A stretch of 53,686 bases of DNA, from assembly GCA_043750095.1 (NCBI GenBank), contig JAYVCF010000246.1:1-53686 (forward strand), read 5' to 3'. Numbering within the stretch: the stretch's first letter is position 1; every line of letters starts with the position of its first letter. The translations under genes and the position numbers were made by a program. Below are positions 26,898-39,438 of this stretch, one piece after another. Source of the stretch: Deltaproteobacteria bacterium (GTDB taxonomy: Bacteria; Myxococcota_A; Polyangia; Polyangiales; Sandaracinaceae). The notes beneath the pieces are model-generated. The model saw only the letters and a list, made by a program, of their open reading frames with translations. It did not search any database and had not been told where the DNA came from.

Positions 26898-26914
26898 CTG
26901 CGACGAGCGTGCCA
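26898..26914 (-). promoter_or_regulatory. sigma-54 (-24/-12) type promoter match directly upstream of the flp2 start
   Basis: The minus strand reads TTGGCACGCTCGTCGCA, against the consensus TGGCACG-N4-TTGCW. GG and GC have correct spacing, and the GC lies about 14 nt before ATG 26885. Confidence 0.45.
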
Positions 26915-27017
26915 AAACGGCCGACCTGATCGCAAGGTCGAATTCACGCCTGATCCCCTTTCGGACCCGCACCGCTCTGGTCAGCAGGCCCCACGATCGC
27001 GCGCCACGGTGGCGCGC

Positions 27018-28400
27018 TCATCGCGGTGCTGGGGTCTCCGGAGCGGCACCGCGTCGGGCGAACAGATAGAGGAGCAGGCCGACGACGATCGACAGGCTCC
27101 CCCAGATGGCGACCGTCGGGTCGTACGCGATGGCCGCCACGATCGCGCCGAGAGAGAGCAGCACGAACGCGATGGGCGTGAGCGGATAGCCCGGGGTCCG
27201 ATACGCATGCGGCGGCGCTCCTCGATGACGAACGACGAGCACGCCCGCGACGGTCAGCGCCGACGAGAGAGACAGCGTCACGCCGACCGAGCCGAGCAAG
27301 ACGTCGAAGCTCGAGGTCAGAATCATGACGGCCGCGAGCAGGACCTGCACGACGAGCGCGACACGCAGCGGCGCGATCTTGCCGAGCACCGCGTGGTCTC
27401 GACCCATCGCCGCGTACACGCGCGTGCCCGTGAGCACGAAGGCGCCGATGGTCGAGAGCAGGCCGAAGGCGATCATGCTCGAGAGGATGCGGCCGGCGGT
27501 CGCACCGAAGAGATGCGTCGCCGCGACGTGCGCGATCTCCAGCTGAGCGAGCTCGTCGCGCGGTGCGGCCGCGAGGAAGAGCGCGTTCAGCGCGAGGTAC
27601 ACGAGCGTGACCGCGAGCGTGCCGAGTCCGAGCGCGCGAGGAAGCGTGCGCGGCGCATCCTCGATCTCGCCGCCGACGTACACGGCCGCGTTCCAGCCGG
27701 TGTAAGCGAACGAGACGAGCACGATGCCGAACGCGAACGAGGGCTCGGCGATCTCGGAGACACGCATCGGCGGATCGAGCAGGCGCGCGGGCTCGAGCGA
27801 GGGCGAGAACACACCCGCGATCACGAAGAGCACGGCGAGCGCGAGCTTGCCGAGCGTGAGGAGATCCTGCGCACGCAGCGTGAAGACGTGCTCGCGGGCG
27901 TGCGCGAGGGACACGATGAGGACGATCCCGAGCGCGACGGGCAGCTCGATCGCGGCGAGCGCAGCGCCCTCGATCCCGAGCGCCCTGCCCGCGTAGCGCG
28001 CGAACGCGATCCCGCAGGCCGCGATGGGCGCCGCGAACCCGAGCACGATCGAGGCGATGCCGGCGACGAACCCCACCGATGGATGAAACACGCGAGACAG
28101 GAGCGCGTACTCGCCGCCGCTCTCGGGATAGATGCTCGCGAGCTCTGCGTACGAGAGCGCACCCGCGAGCGAGAGCAGCCCCGCGACGAGCCAGACGGAG
28201 AGGACCCCGAGCGGCGTGCGTCCTTCGGCGAGCATGAGGCCGCTCGTCGTGTAGACGCCCGTCCCGATCATGCTCGCGACGACGAGCCCGCTCGCCGAGC
28301 CGAGCCCGAGCTTCTGCGCTCGACCGGAGTGCCCGGCTCGCCGGGCCGACGCAATTGTGTCGCGTCCGCTCTGCGGACGACTCCGGTCGAGATCGCTCAC
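27018..28400 (-). CDS. APC-superfamily amino acid/polyamine permease
   Basis: About 12 TM helices. N-terminal signature KLGLGSASGLVVASMIGTGVY. The only start upstream of that signature is GTG 28400, which overlaps the P450 TGA and forces translation through the 73-nt repeat. ATG 28271 is the alternative start. Confidence 0.8.
   Translation of the reverse strand: MSDLDRSRPQSGRDTIASARRAGHSGRAQKLGLGSASGLVVASMIGTGVYTTSGLMLAEGRTPLGVLSVWLVAGLLSLAGALSYAELASIYPESGGEYALLSRVFHPSVGFVAGIASIVLGFAAPIAACGIAFARYAGRALGIEGAALAAIELPVALGIVLIVSLAHAREHVFTLRAQDLLTLGKLALAVLFVIAGVFSPSLEPARLLDPPMRVSEIAEPSFAFGIVLVSFAYTGWNAAVYVGGEIEDAPRTLPRALGLGTLAVTLVYLALNALFLAAAPRDELAQLEIAHVAATHLFGATAGRILSSMIAFGLLSTIGAFVLTGTRVYAAMGRDHAVLGKIAPLRVALVVQVLLAAVMILTSSFDVLLGSVGVTLSLSSALTVAGVLVVRHRGAPPHAYRTPGYPLTPIAFVLLSLGAIVAAIAYDPTVAIWGSLSIVVGLLLYLFARRGAAPETPAPR
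28319..28391 (+). repeat. 73-nt four-way-junction repeat, family A, copy 2
   Basis: CTCGACCGGAGT GCCCGGCTCGCCGGGC CGACGCAATTGTGTCG CGTCCGCTCTGCGGACG ACTCCGGTCGAG. It lies between the P450 stop and the conserved N-terminus of the permease. Confidence 0.85.
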
Positions 28401-29803
28401 CGCAGGTGCACGGTCATCGGCACTGCGCCCTTCGGCCGCAGCGTGATCAGCGGCTCGGGGATGATCGGATGTCCGGGCAAGAGATCCAGCCGGAAGCGGC
28501 GCGCGAGCGTCGAGAGCACGAGCTGCCCCTCGAGCATCGCGAAGCCCACGCCGATGCACATGCGCGGCCCGAGCGAGAACGGAAAGTACTGGTGGCGATG
28601 CATGAGCTTCTGCCGCTCGGGCGCGAAGCGATCGGGATCGAAGCCTTCGGGATCGTCCCAGAGCGAGGGCAGCCGATGCGTGACCCAGGGCGAGAGAAAG
28701 AGGAGCGAGCCCTTCGGGACGCTGTAGCCGTCGAACTCGACGTCTTCTTCTGGCGAGCGTCCGATGACCCAGACCGGCGGATAGAGGCGCATCGACTCGC
28801 TCAGCACGCGTCGTGAGACCTCGAGCTGCGTGGCGTCCTCGGCGGTGGCCGATCGATCGGGCCCGAGCACCGTGCTCGCTTCGGCAGCGAGCGAGCGCGC
28901 CACCTGCGGAAAGCGCGAGAGCAGAACGAACGTCCACGTGAGCGCGTTCGCCGTCGTCTCGTGCCCCGCGAGGAACATCGTCATGACCTCGTCGCGCAGC
29001 TGACGATCGGTCATCCCCTCGCCGGTCTCTTCATCCCGCGCCTCGAGGAGCATCTGCAGGAGGTCGTCCTCGCGCTTTCCTTTTCTTCGCGCGTCGATGA
29101 TGTCGAGCACGACCTTGTCGAGGGTCTTCATCGCTCGCTCGGCGCGTCGGTTCGCCGGCGTGGGCCAGGAGTCCGGAGGACGGAACGGGTTGTTGATGCG
29201 CGAGACCGACTCGTGAAGCATCAGGTCGATCGCCTCGCCGACCTCGTTCGCGCGGTCGCCGGTGTCGGCCGACAGGAGCGTGAGCGACGCGATGCGCAGC
29301 GTCAGCTTCATCATGTCGGCGTGCAGATCGATGGTGCGGCCGCTCTTGGCATCCTGCTCCCATCGCAGGCCGAGCTCTTCCGCGCAGCGCACGAACGTCT
29401 TGGCGAAGCCGGCGATGCGCTGCTTGTGGAAGGCCGGCTGCGCGATCCGCCGCTGGCGAAGCCAGAAATCACCCTCGCTGGTGACGAGGCCGTTGCCGAG
29501 GAACTGGCGCAGCTGATCGTAGCCGCGCGTCTTCTTCGAGAAGAGGCGGTGCTCCTTCACGAGCACGCGCTCGACGTGATCAGGCGACGAGAGCAGGTGC
29601 GCCGTGACGAAGGGCAGCTCGAAGCGCACCACGGGCCCGAGCTCGAGCGCGAGCTTCAGCAGAACATCCAGCCGCGCGATCCCGCTCGAGGGAAGGTGCC
29701 CGATGATCGGCAGCTGCGGCGGCGAGGGCGCGGGATTGCCGTGGACCTCGCGCAGCGCAGGGATCGCATGACGGACGCGAGACGCGAACGAGGGGGACGG
29801 CAT
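28397..29803 (-). CDS. cytochrome P450
   Basis: Heme-Cys loop FSLGPRMCIGVGFA, I-helix AGHETT, ExxR (ESMR), and an N-terminal PPQLPIIGHLP. Start ATG 29803; TTG 29842 is possible. Confidence 0.9.
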   Translation of the reverse strand: MPSPSFASRVRHAIPALREVHGNPAPSPPQLPIIGHLPSSGIARLDVLLKLALELGPVVRFELPFVTAHLLSSPDHVERVLVKEHRLFSKKTRGYDQLRQFLGNGLVTSEGDFWLRQRRIAQPAFHKQRIAGFAKTFVRCAEELGLRWEQDAKSGRTIDLHADMMKLTLRIASLTLLSADTGDRANEVGEAIDLMLHESVSRINNPFRPPDSWPTPANRRAERAMKTLDKVVLDIIDARRKGKREDDLLQMLLEARDEETGEGMTDRQLRDEVMTMFLAGHETTANALTWTFVLLSRFPQVARSLAAEASTVLGPDRSATAEDATQLEVSRRVLSESMRLYPPVWVIGRSPEEDVEFDGYSVPKGSLLFLSPWVTHRLPSLWDDPEGFDPDRFAPERQKLMHRHQYFPFSLGPRMCIGVGFAMLEGQLVLSTLARRFRLDLLPGHPIIPEPLITLRPKGAVPMTVHLR

Positions 29804-29860
29804 CGGCCGCGAGCATAGCGCCCGCGCCGCGTGGGGCGCCAAAGCGCGTTTGGCGAGGGC

Positions 29861-31294
29861 TCAGCGATCGGGATCGCCGCGACGCAGCTTCGCCCCCAGC
29901 TCGCTTCCACCTTCCGCGAGCAGTCGCCCGAGCGCACCGCCCAAGAACTGCAGGCGATCGATGAAGCGGTGATCGTGCTCGAGCGTGACGAGGTGCGCGA
30001 GCTCGTGGAGCACCACGCCCATCGTCGCCGGATCGAGCAGATCGTCCCAGCGCAGCGTGCTCCGCACGTTGAAGGAGATGAGCCGCGCCTGTCCGTCGGT
30101 GGTCGCGTCCTCGAGCAGGCCCGCGTCGCTCGGATCACGCGCGAAGAATCGGACGCGAACCACGCTGCCGGCGATCCGGCGCGCGAGCCAGCGCACTGCG
30201 TCCGCGAACGCCCGCTGCGTCTCGTCCGGCTCCACGTCCTGCCCCACGAACTCGCGCGAGCGACGTCGCACGTAGTCGTCGGCCGTCTCGAGCACACGCG
30301 CGAGCGCGAGATAGGTTCCTTGCGACATCGTCTGCGCTTGCACGACGTGGGCCCCGAGCTGCCGCGCGCGATCGTTGGCGCGCACGCTTCCGTCGAGCAC
30401 CGACCCGCGCGGAAGCACCTTGGAGCAGTAGGCATCGAGGATTGCGTCCCGCAGCGGCCAGCGCGCGAGCACCTCTTGCACCCAGTCGGCGCGCAGATCG
30501 CGAGCGCCGAGCTGGCGATGCATCATCGCTTCGAGCAGCGTGGCCTTCACGGCGAGCACGAAGCGCTCGGGCAAGAGATCACGACCTTGCGAGAGCGGCA
30601 CGCGCTGCTGCACGTCGCAGTGCCAGGGCAGGTTCCAGGGCGCGATCGGGATGCCCATCTCGTAGAGGTGCGGCGGCTCTCCGCGACGCGGCGTGTGCAC
30701 CGAGATCATCGTGCTGCGCGTGGCCGAGCGCTCGACGCCCGCGTCCACGATCACCGTCTCGAGCTCGCAGCTCGGAAGCGCGAGCACCGTGCGCGGTCGG
30801 CGCATCACCTTGCCCGCGATGCGCAGCGACACACCGCGCGGCGGGATGACGAGCCGCAGCGCCGACTCCGCCGTCTCGCGGTCCGTGTCGCTCAGCGCGC
30901 GGAACACCTCGACGCGCGTGCCGCGATCGCGCTCGCAGGTCGTGACGTGGCGACCGGCATCGTCGAACTCGACGCGCGTGCCGGCGCTCTCGACGACCGC
31001 ACGCTCGCCGCTCGCGACGAGCTCCTTCAGTCCGCGGCCCATGCGCCCGCGCCGCGTGGGATCGCTGGCCTTGTCGGTGAGGAAGAGTGTGTAGACGAGG
31101 CGCGGATCGGCGATCCCGCGCAGCGCGTCGTCCTCGACCACCACGCGATCCCTCTCGACGTCGACGGAGACGTTGGCCGCGCCGGCGTCGAAGGCGTTCT
31201 GGACCGCTTCGAGGATCAGCCGCTCGATGGGCCGCGAGGCGGCGACGCGCGCCCAGCCCTCGTCGGCGATCTCGAACCAGCGCGGCTTCGTCAT
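29861..31294 (-). CDS. GHKL-type ATPase-like N-terminal domain fused to a C-terminal HExxH (YgjP/DUF45/SprT-like) zincin domain
   Basis: 477 aa. Bergerat N-box EAVQNAFDAGA, a degenerate G1 (VEDDALRGI), and G2 GRMGRGLKE. The C-terminal VLHELAHLVTLEHDHRF resembles the HELxHL..NHs..F motif of YgjP-like metallohydrolases. Confidence 0.55.
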   Translation of the reverse strand: MTKPRWFEIADEGWARVAASRPIERLILEAVQNAFDAGAANVSVDVERDRVVVEDDALRGIADPRLVYTLFLTDKASDPTRRGRMGRGLKELVASGERAVVESAGTRVEFDDAGRHVTTCERDRGTRVEVFRALSDTDRETAESALRLVIPPRGVSLRIAGKVMRRPRTVLALPSCELETVIVDAGVERSATRSTMISVHTPRRGEPPHLYEMGIPIAPWNLPWHCDVQQRVPLSQGRDLLPERFVLAVKATLLEAMMHRQLGARDLRADWVQEVLARWPLRDAILDAYCSKVLPRGSVLDGSVRANDRARQLGAHVVQAQTMSQGTYLALARVLETADDYVRRRSREFVGQDVEPDETQRAFADAVRWLARRIAGSVVRVRFFARDPSDAGLLEDATTDGQARLISFNVRSTLRWDDLLDPATMGVVLHELAHLVTLEHDHRFIDRLQFLGGALGRLLAEGGSELGAKLRRGDPDR

Positions 31295-31513
31295 CGAGGG
31301 CCTGAGTTTCGCACGATCCTAGCTTCGACCACGTAGTTCGAGGGGCCTTGGACCCTCAATTGGGGCCTCGTGGCCACGGCTCGCGCACCACGAGCGATGC
31401 ACGATGATTCACTACGAGCGCCCACACATTTGGGGTTTCGAGCCAAGATGTCGTTGATCGATTGCTCAGACGCAGGGCACCATGCGGAGAGCAATGACGC
31501 ACTCGAGGTTCGA

Positions 31514-34303
<2,790 letters not shown>

Positions 34304-34306
<3 letters not shown>

Positions 34307-34369
34307 TTTCTACGGGGCCGATACGCGGCCCCGCCCCGCCCGGCAGAGCCGGCTCGGGGGCCCCACCCC
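34304..34369 (+). repeat. stop-codon-adjacent T-tract plus double-hairpin element, family B, copy 2 (3' of the kinase gene)
   Basis: TAGTTTCTACGGGGCCGATACGCGGCCCCGCCCCGCCCGGCAGAGCCGGCTCGGGGGCCCCAC. The hairpins are GGGGCCG-ATACG-CGGCCCC and CCCCGCCCGGC-AGA-GCCGGCTCGGGG. Confidence 0.8.
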
Positions 34370-34457
34370 GTCGTTCCGGTCGTCGCTCGCTCCTCCCGCT
34401 GCGCGCGGGGCCCCAGCGCCCGCTTGCGCGTCGCGTCAGCGTCGTCTCCCGCGCCGG

Positions 34458-35936
34458 TCACCAAGGGATCGCGACGTAGTCCTTCAAGAACAATCCGAAC
34501 TGGTGCTTGCCGGTTCGGAATCCATCGATGATCGGATCGACGATGCGCGCGGCGCCATCGACGACGTCGAGCGGCGGCGAGAAGCCGTGCTCTTCGACCT
34601 TGCGGGTCGAGATCTCGATGGGGTCTTCGTCGGTGATCCAGCCGGTGTCGACGCTGTTCATGTGGATGCCGTCGCGCACGTAGTCGGCCGCGGACGTGCG
34701 CGTCATCATGTTGAGCGCGGCCTTGGCCATGTTCGTGTGCGGATGCTTGTCGGTCTTGAACGCGCGATAGAACTGACCCTCCATCGCCGAGACGTTCACG
34801 ATGTGCTTGTCGTTCGTGGGCACGCGGTTCATCAGCGCGCGCAGGCGTCCGTTGAGCACGTAGGGGGCGATCGCGTTCACCAGCTGCACCTCGTGCAGCT
34901 CGACCGTCGAGACCTCGTGCAAGAGAAGTCGCCAGCTGTTGCGACCGCGCAGATCGACCTGCTGCATGTCCGCGTCGAGCTTGCCTGCCGGAAAGAGCGT
35001 GAGGTCTTCGCGGAGCTCCTCGGGTAGGAGCGCCACCTGCGAGAGCGCCACCGGATCGGCGATCCCCGGCGTCGACGCGCGCCGCGCGAGCGCGCTCGAG
35101 GCGTGCAGCTGATCGTTGAGCGCGAGGAGCGACCGCAGCTCGGTCGGCGGCGGCGCGAGCTCGGCGTCCACGAGGTGGCGATAGAACCCCGGCGGTCGAC
35201 GCACGGTCTGACATGCGTTGTTCACGATGAAGTCGAGGCGATCGAGCGTGCGGTCGAGCTCCGCACAGAACGCCTCGACGCTGGGCGTGTGGCGCAGATC
35301 GAGCCCGACGATCGTCAGCCGATCCCTCCACTCGGCGAAGTCCGGCTCGCGCGCATAGCGAGCCGCCGAGTCGCGAGGAAACCGCGTGGTCGCGATCACC
35401 CGCGCGCCCGCGCGCAGCAGCTTGATGACCGCGTGGTACCCGATCTTCACGCGCGAGCCCGTCACCACGGCGACGCGCCCGCGGAGATCAGCCGTCGCGT
35501 TGCGCTTGTCCCAGTTCAGCGCGCCGCACTTGCCGCACATCTGATCGTAGAAGTGGTGCACCTCGCGGAACGCGCGCTTGCACACGTAGCACTTGCGCTC
35601 TTCGAACAGCACGCCGATGGGCGGCGGCTCGTTCGCGCGCGACGCGTCACCATCGCTGAGCTGCGGCGGCGTGACGAAGAACGGCACCTTGCGCGCCTGG
35701 CGGATGCCCGTCCTCTCGAGCAGCACCTCGGCGGCCACCCGCTCGTTCTTGTTCTCCTTCTTCCGGATGGCCTTGCGCAGCTTGCGCAGCTCGCCGCGCT
35801 CGGGCCGCGAGAGCCTGCCCGCCGCGATCAAGAGCTGACGCCGCACCTCCCGCGGCATGTCCGCGAGCTTGGTGCGGTCGTCCACCATCGCTTCGAGCAG
35901 CGCGATGGTGCGGAGGATCTCGTCGTCGTCGGACAT
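34458..35936 (-). CDS. SDR-family oxidoreductase with N-terminal helical plus CxxC..CxxC zinc-ribbon extension
   Basis: Start trimmed to MSDDDEILRT. Zinc ribbon CYVCKRAFREVHHFYDQMCGKCG. SDR Rossmann motif VAVVTGSRVKIGY, NNA motif, and a catalytic-region Y/K context (HTNMAKAAL). Confidence 0.8.
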   Translation of the reverse strand: MSDDDEILRTIALLEAMVDDRTKLADMPREVRRQLLIAAGRLSRPERGELRKLRKAIRKKENKNERVAAEVLLERTGIRQARKVPFFVTPPQLSDGDASRANEPPPIGVLFEERKCYVCKRAFREVHHFYDQMCGKCGALNWDKRNATADLRGRVAVVTGSRVKIGYHAVIKLLRAGARVIATTRFPRDSAARYAREPDFAEWRDRLTIVGLDLRHTPSVEAFCAELDRTLDRLDFIVNNACQTVRRPPGFYRHLVDAELAPPPTELRSLLALNDQLHASSALARRASTPGIADPVALSQVALLPEELREDLTLFPAGKLDADMQQVDLRGRNSWRLLLHEVSTVELHEVQLVNAIAPYVLNGRLRALMNRVPTNDKHIVNVSAMEGQFYRAFKTDKHPHTNMAKAALNMMTRTSAADYVRDGIHMNSVDTGWITDEDPIEISTRKVEEHGFSPPLDVVDGAARIVDPIIDGFRTGKHQFGLFLKDYVAIPW

Positions 35937-35999
35937 CGGCAGGCCGAGCGTTTTGGTGCGGCCGCGTCGGCCGAGCAACCAGGGTGATAGCCTCGAGGT

Positions 36000-36797
36000 G
36001 TGCGGCACCCTGGGCTCGTGCGCGTGTGTCTCATGGTCTGCGTCGGCTGCGCGCCCCCGGCTCCTTGCGACCAGCCGCCTCGGTTCCGGCTCTGCCCCGA
36101 AGGAACAGGCTGCTCGCAACACGCGGACTGTGCGAGTAGCTCTTGCGTGCATGGCGCGTGCGCGTCTGCATGCACGAGCGCGCGCGAGTGCGGCGCCGGG
36201 AGCGCATGCCTGAGAACGTCGGGCGTCGCTCCCGACGGGTGCGGGACGCTCTGCCCGGCAGGCTTTGCGTACGAGGGAGACCACCAAGGCCTGACCTGCG
36301 TCGATGGCGTGATCGTCTCGTGCGCGAGTGCCGCCGACCCCGACGCGCGCTGTGATGCCTGCGGATGCCGCGACGCTGCGCACCACTGCTTTCGGGCCGG
36401 CGGGTTCGGATGCGACCTCGCGGGCGGATCATGCACGTGCGCGGCCCCGCGCGAGGTCGGCGCGGGCTGCGACGAGAGTGACGACTGCGCCTCGTCGAAC
36501 TGCAGCGCCGTGGGGTTCGGCGACGGCAGGTGTCTCGTCGCAGCGGGGAGCGCATGCGGATCGACCGCGGCGCCTTGCGTCTACTGCGACCTTCCGAGCG
36601 CGGGCGGTTCACCCGTGTGTCGCGAGTCGTGCCGCACGGACGCCGATTGCACGAGCGCCATCTGCGTCGCCCACGCGTCGGCTCGCTTGGCCTGCCACGT
36701 GGAGTGCACTCACGACGCTTTGCGCTGCACGGCGCTCGAGCACTGTCTCGCACTGGTCGACGACGCGGCCCGCCGCAGCGCGTGCGTCCCGAACTGA
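36000..36797 (+). CDS. secreted Cys-rich protein (possible lipoprotein)
   Basis: 265 aa with more than 35 Cys in repeated DCxSxxC/CxxxxxC spacing. Short signal-like N-terminus LVRVCLMVCVGC. GC3 bias supports coding. Confidence 0.55.
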   Translation: MRHPGLVRVCLMVCVGCAPPAPCDQPPRFRLCPEGTGCSQHADCASSSCVHGACASACTSARECGAGSACLRTSGVAPDGCGTLCPAGFAYEGDHQGLTCVDGVIVSCASAADPDARCDACGCRDAAHHCFRAGGFGCDLAGGSCTCAAPREVGAGCDESDDCASSNCSAVGFGDGRCLVAAGSACGSTAAPCVYCDLPSAGGSPVCRESCRTDADCTSAICVAHASARLACHVECTHDALRCTALEHCLALVDDAARRSACVPN

Positions 36798-36816
36798 CCG
36801 ATCGGAGGCCGGCCGG

Positions 36817-36819
<3 letters not shown>
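36793..36819. terminator. hairpin between convergent genes whose stem contains both stop codons
   Basis: CTGACCG-ATCGGAGGCCGGC-CGGTCAG. The TGA of 36000..36797 lies in the left arm and the TCA (TGA of the fumarase gene) in the right arm. Confidence 0.35.
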
Positions 36820-38493
<1,674 letters not shown>

Positions 38494-38591
38494 GGCGCGC
38501 GAGCGTAGTACGAGCGTGCTGCCGATTCACACGCCGTTGCGCCCGGTTGGGCCACGCACGAAAATCACCTCGGATTCGCGGTTCGTTCGGA

Positions 38592-38607
38592 TGGCACGAC
38601 GTCTGCT
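38592..38607 (+). promoter_or_regulatory. sigma-54 (-24/-12) type promoter match upstream of lipoprotein gene 38649..39437
   Basis: TGGCACGACGTCTGCT with correct GG/GC spacing. The predicted TSS is about 30 nt upstream of the ATG. Confidence 0.45.
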
Positions 38608-38648
38608 GTACGGGAGCGAGCTTGGCTCAATCCACTTCGGAGGCTCGT

Positions 38649-39437
38649 ATGCGCTCACGTCTCGCGGTTCTCGCCGTCCTCGGCTGTCTCACTGGTCTCC
38701 CCGGATGTCTCGGTGGGGGGAGCTCGCTCACCGGTCCGACCACCCTCGGCGACCAAGGCCACACGGTCTGGCAGATCAGCGACGGACTCTGCGGGCAGGG
38801 GGTGTTCGGCGGGGAGTGCGACCTCAATCAGCACATCGCCGTGGGCGCCTCGCCCATGGTGCAGATCCGGCAGCACAACAGCGCCGCCACCCTGCTCGAC
38901 CACGCGACGTTGATGGGCGGAGCCACGAGCGTGACGATCAGCGGCGTGAGCACGACGACCGACGACCACGGCACACTGATCCAGGCGCACGTCGGCAGTG
39001 ACGTCGCGGGCGTGGCGGACGTCATCGTGCTCGACGCGAGCGGGCACGAGATCGATCGCGCGCACATCACGTTCGTGGCGGCGGCGACCCTGCTCTGCGG
39101 CGAGCTGCGCACGGCCGTGACGCGCGACCTGAACTTCCCCGGCCTGACGAGCGGCCCGATCACGGTGACCATGGCCGCGATGACGACGAGCACCGCGACG
39201 AACCTCGCGTGCCGCGCGAACGATGCCTCGGGCAACGCGCTGCTCACGGTCAACGCGATCCGCTGGAGCATCGCGACGGGCTCGGTCGGAACGATCAGCG
39301 TCACCAGCGACGACCTCTTCGCGAGCAGCCCCGCGGTCGGCGCGACGGCGAGGCTCGTCACGGCGGGAACGGGCAGCGGTACGATCCACGCCCTGCTCGG
39401 CACCGCGAGCACGGACATCGCCGTCAGCTTCCACTGA
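38649..39437 (+). CDS. hypothetical lipoprotein with Ig-like (BIG2-like) C-terminal region
   Basis: Start trimmed to MRSRLAVLAVLGCLTGLPGC, with GGAGG 8 nt upstream. Beta-rich body (LTVNAIRWSIATGSVGTISVTSD). Confidence 0.65.
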   Translation: MRSRLAVLAVLGCLTGLPGCLGGGSSLTGPTTLGDQGHTVWQISDGLCGQGVFGGECDLNQHIAVGASPMVQIRQHNSAATLLDHATLMGGATSVTISGVSTTTDDHGTLIQAHVGSDVAGVADVIVLDASGHEIDRAHITFVAAATLLCGELRTAVTRDLNFPGLTSGPITVTMAAMTTSTATNLACRANDASGNALLTVNAIRWSIATGSVGTISVTSDDLFASSPAVGATARLVTAGTGSGTIHALLGTASTDIAVSFH

Positions 39438-39438
39438 T

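Noticed and set aside
26583-28727. 714-aa plus-strand ORF spanning the flp2 and permease region
   Set aside because: The translation is R/D/E/H-rich with no domain signatures. It lies antisense to a well-supported 12-TM permease and the Flp pilin. The same reasoning rejects 28..1287 (+), 5168..6562 (+), 7177..8697 (-), 9143..10402 (+), 10415..11983 (+), 14296..15894 (+), 45896..47533 (+) and 51787..53562 (+).
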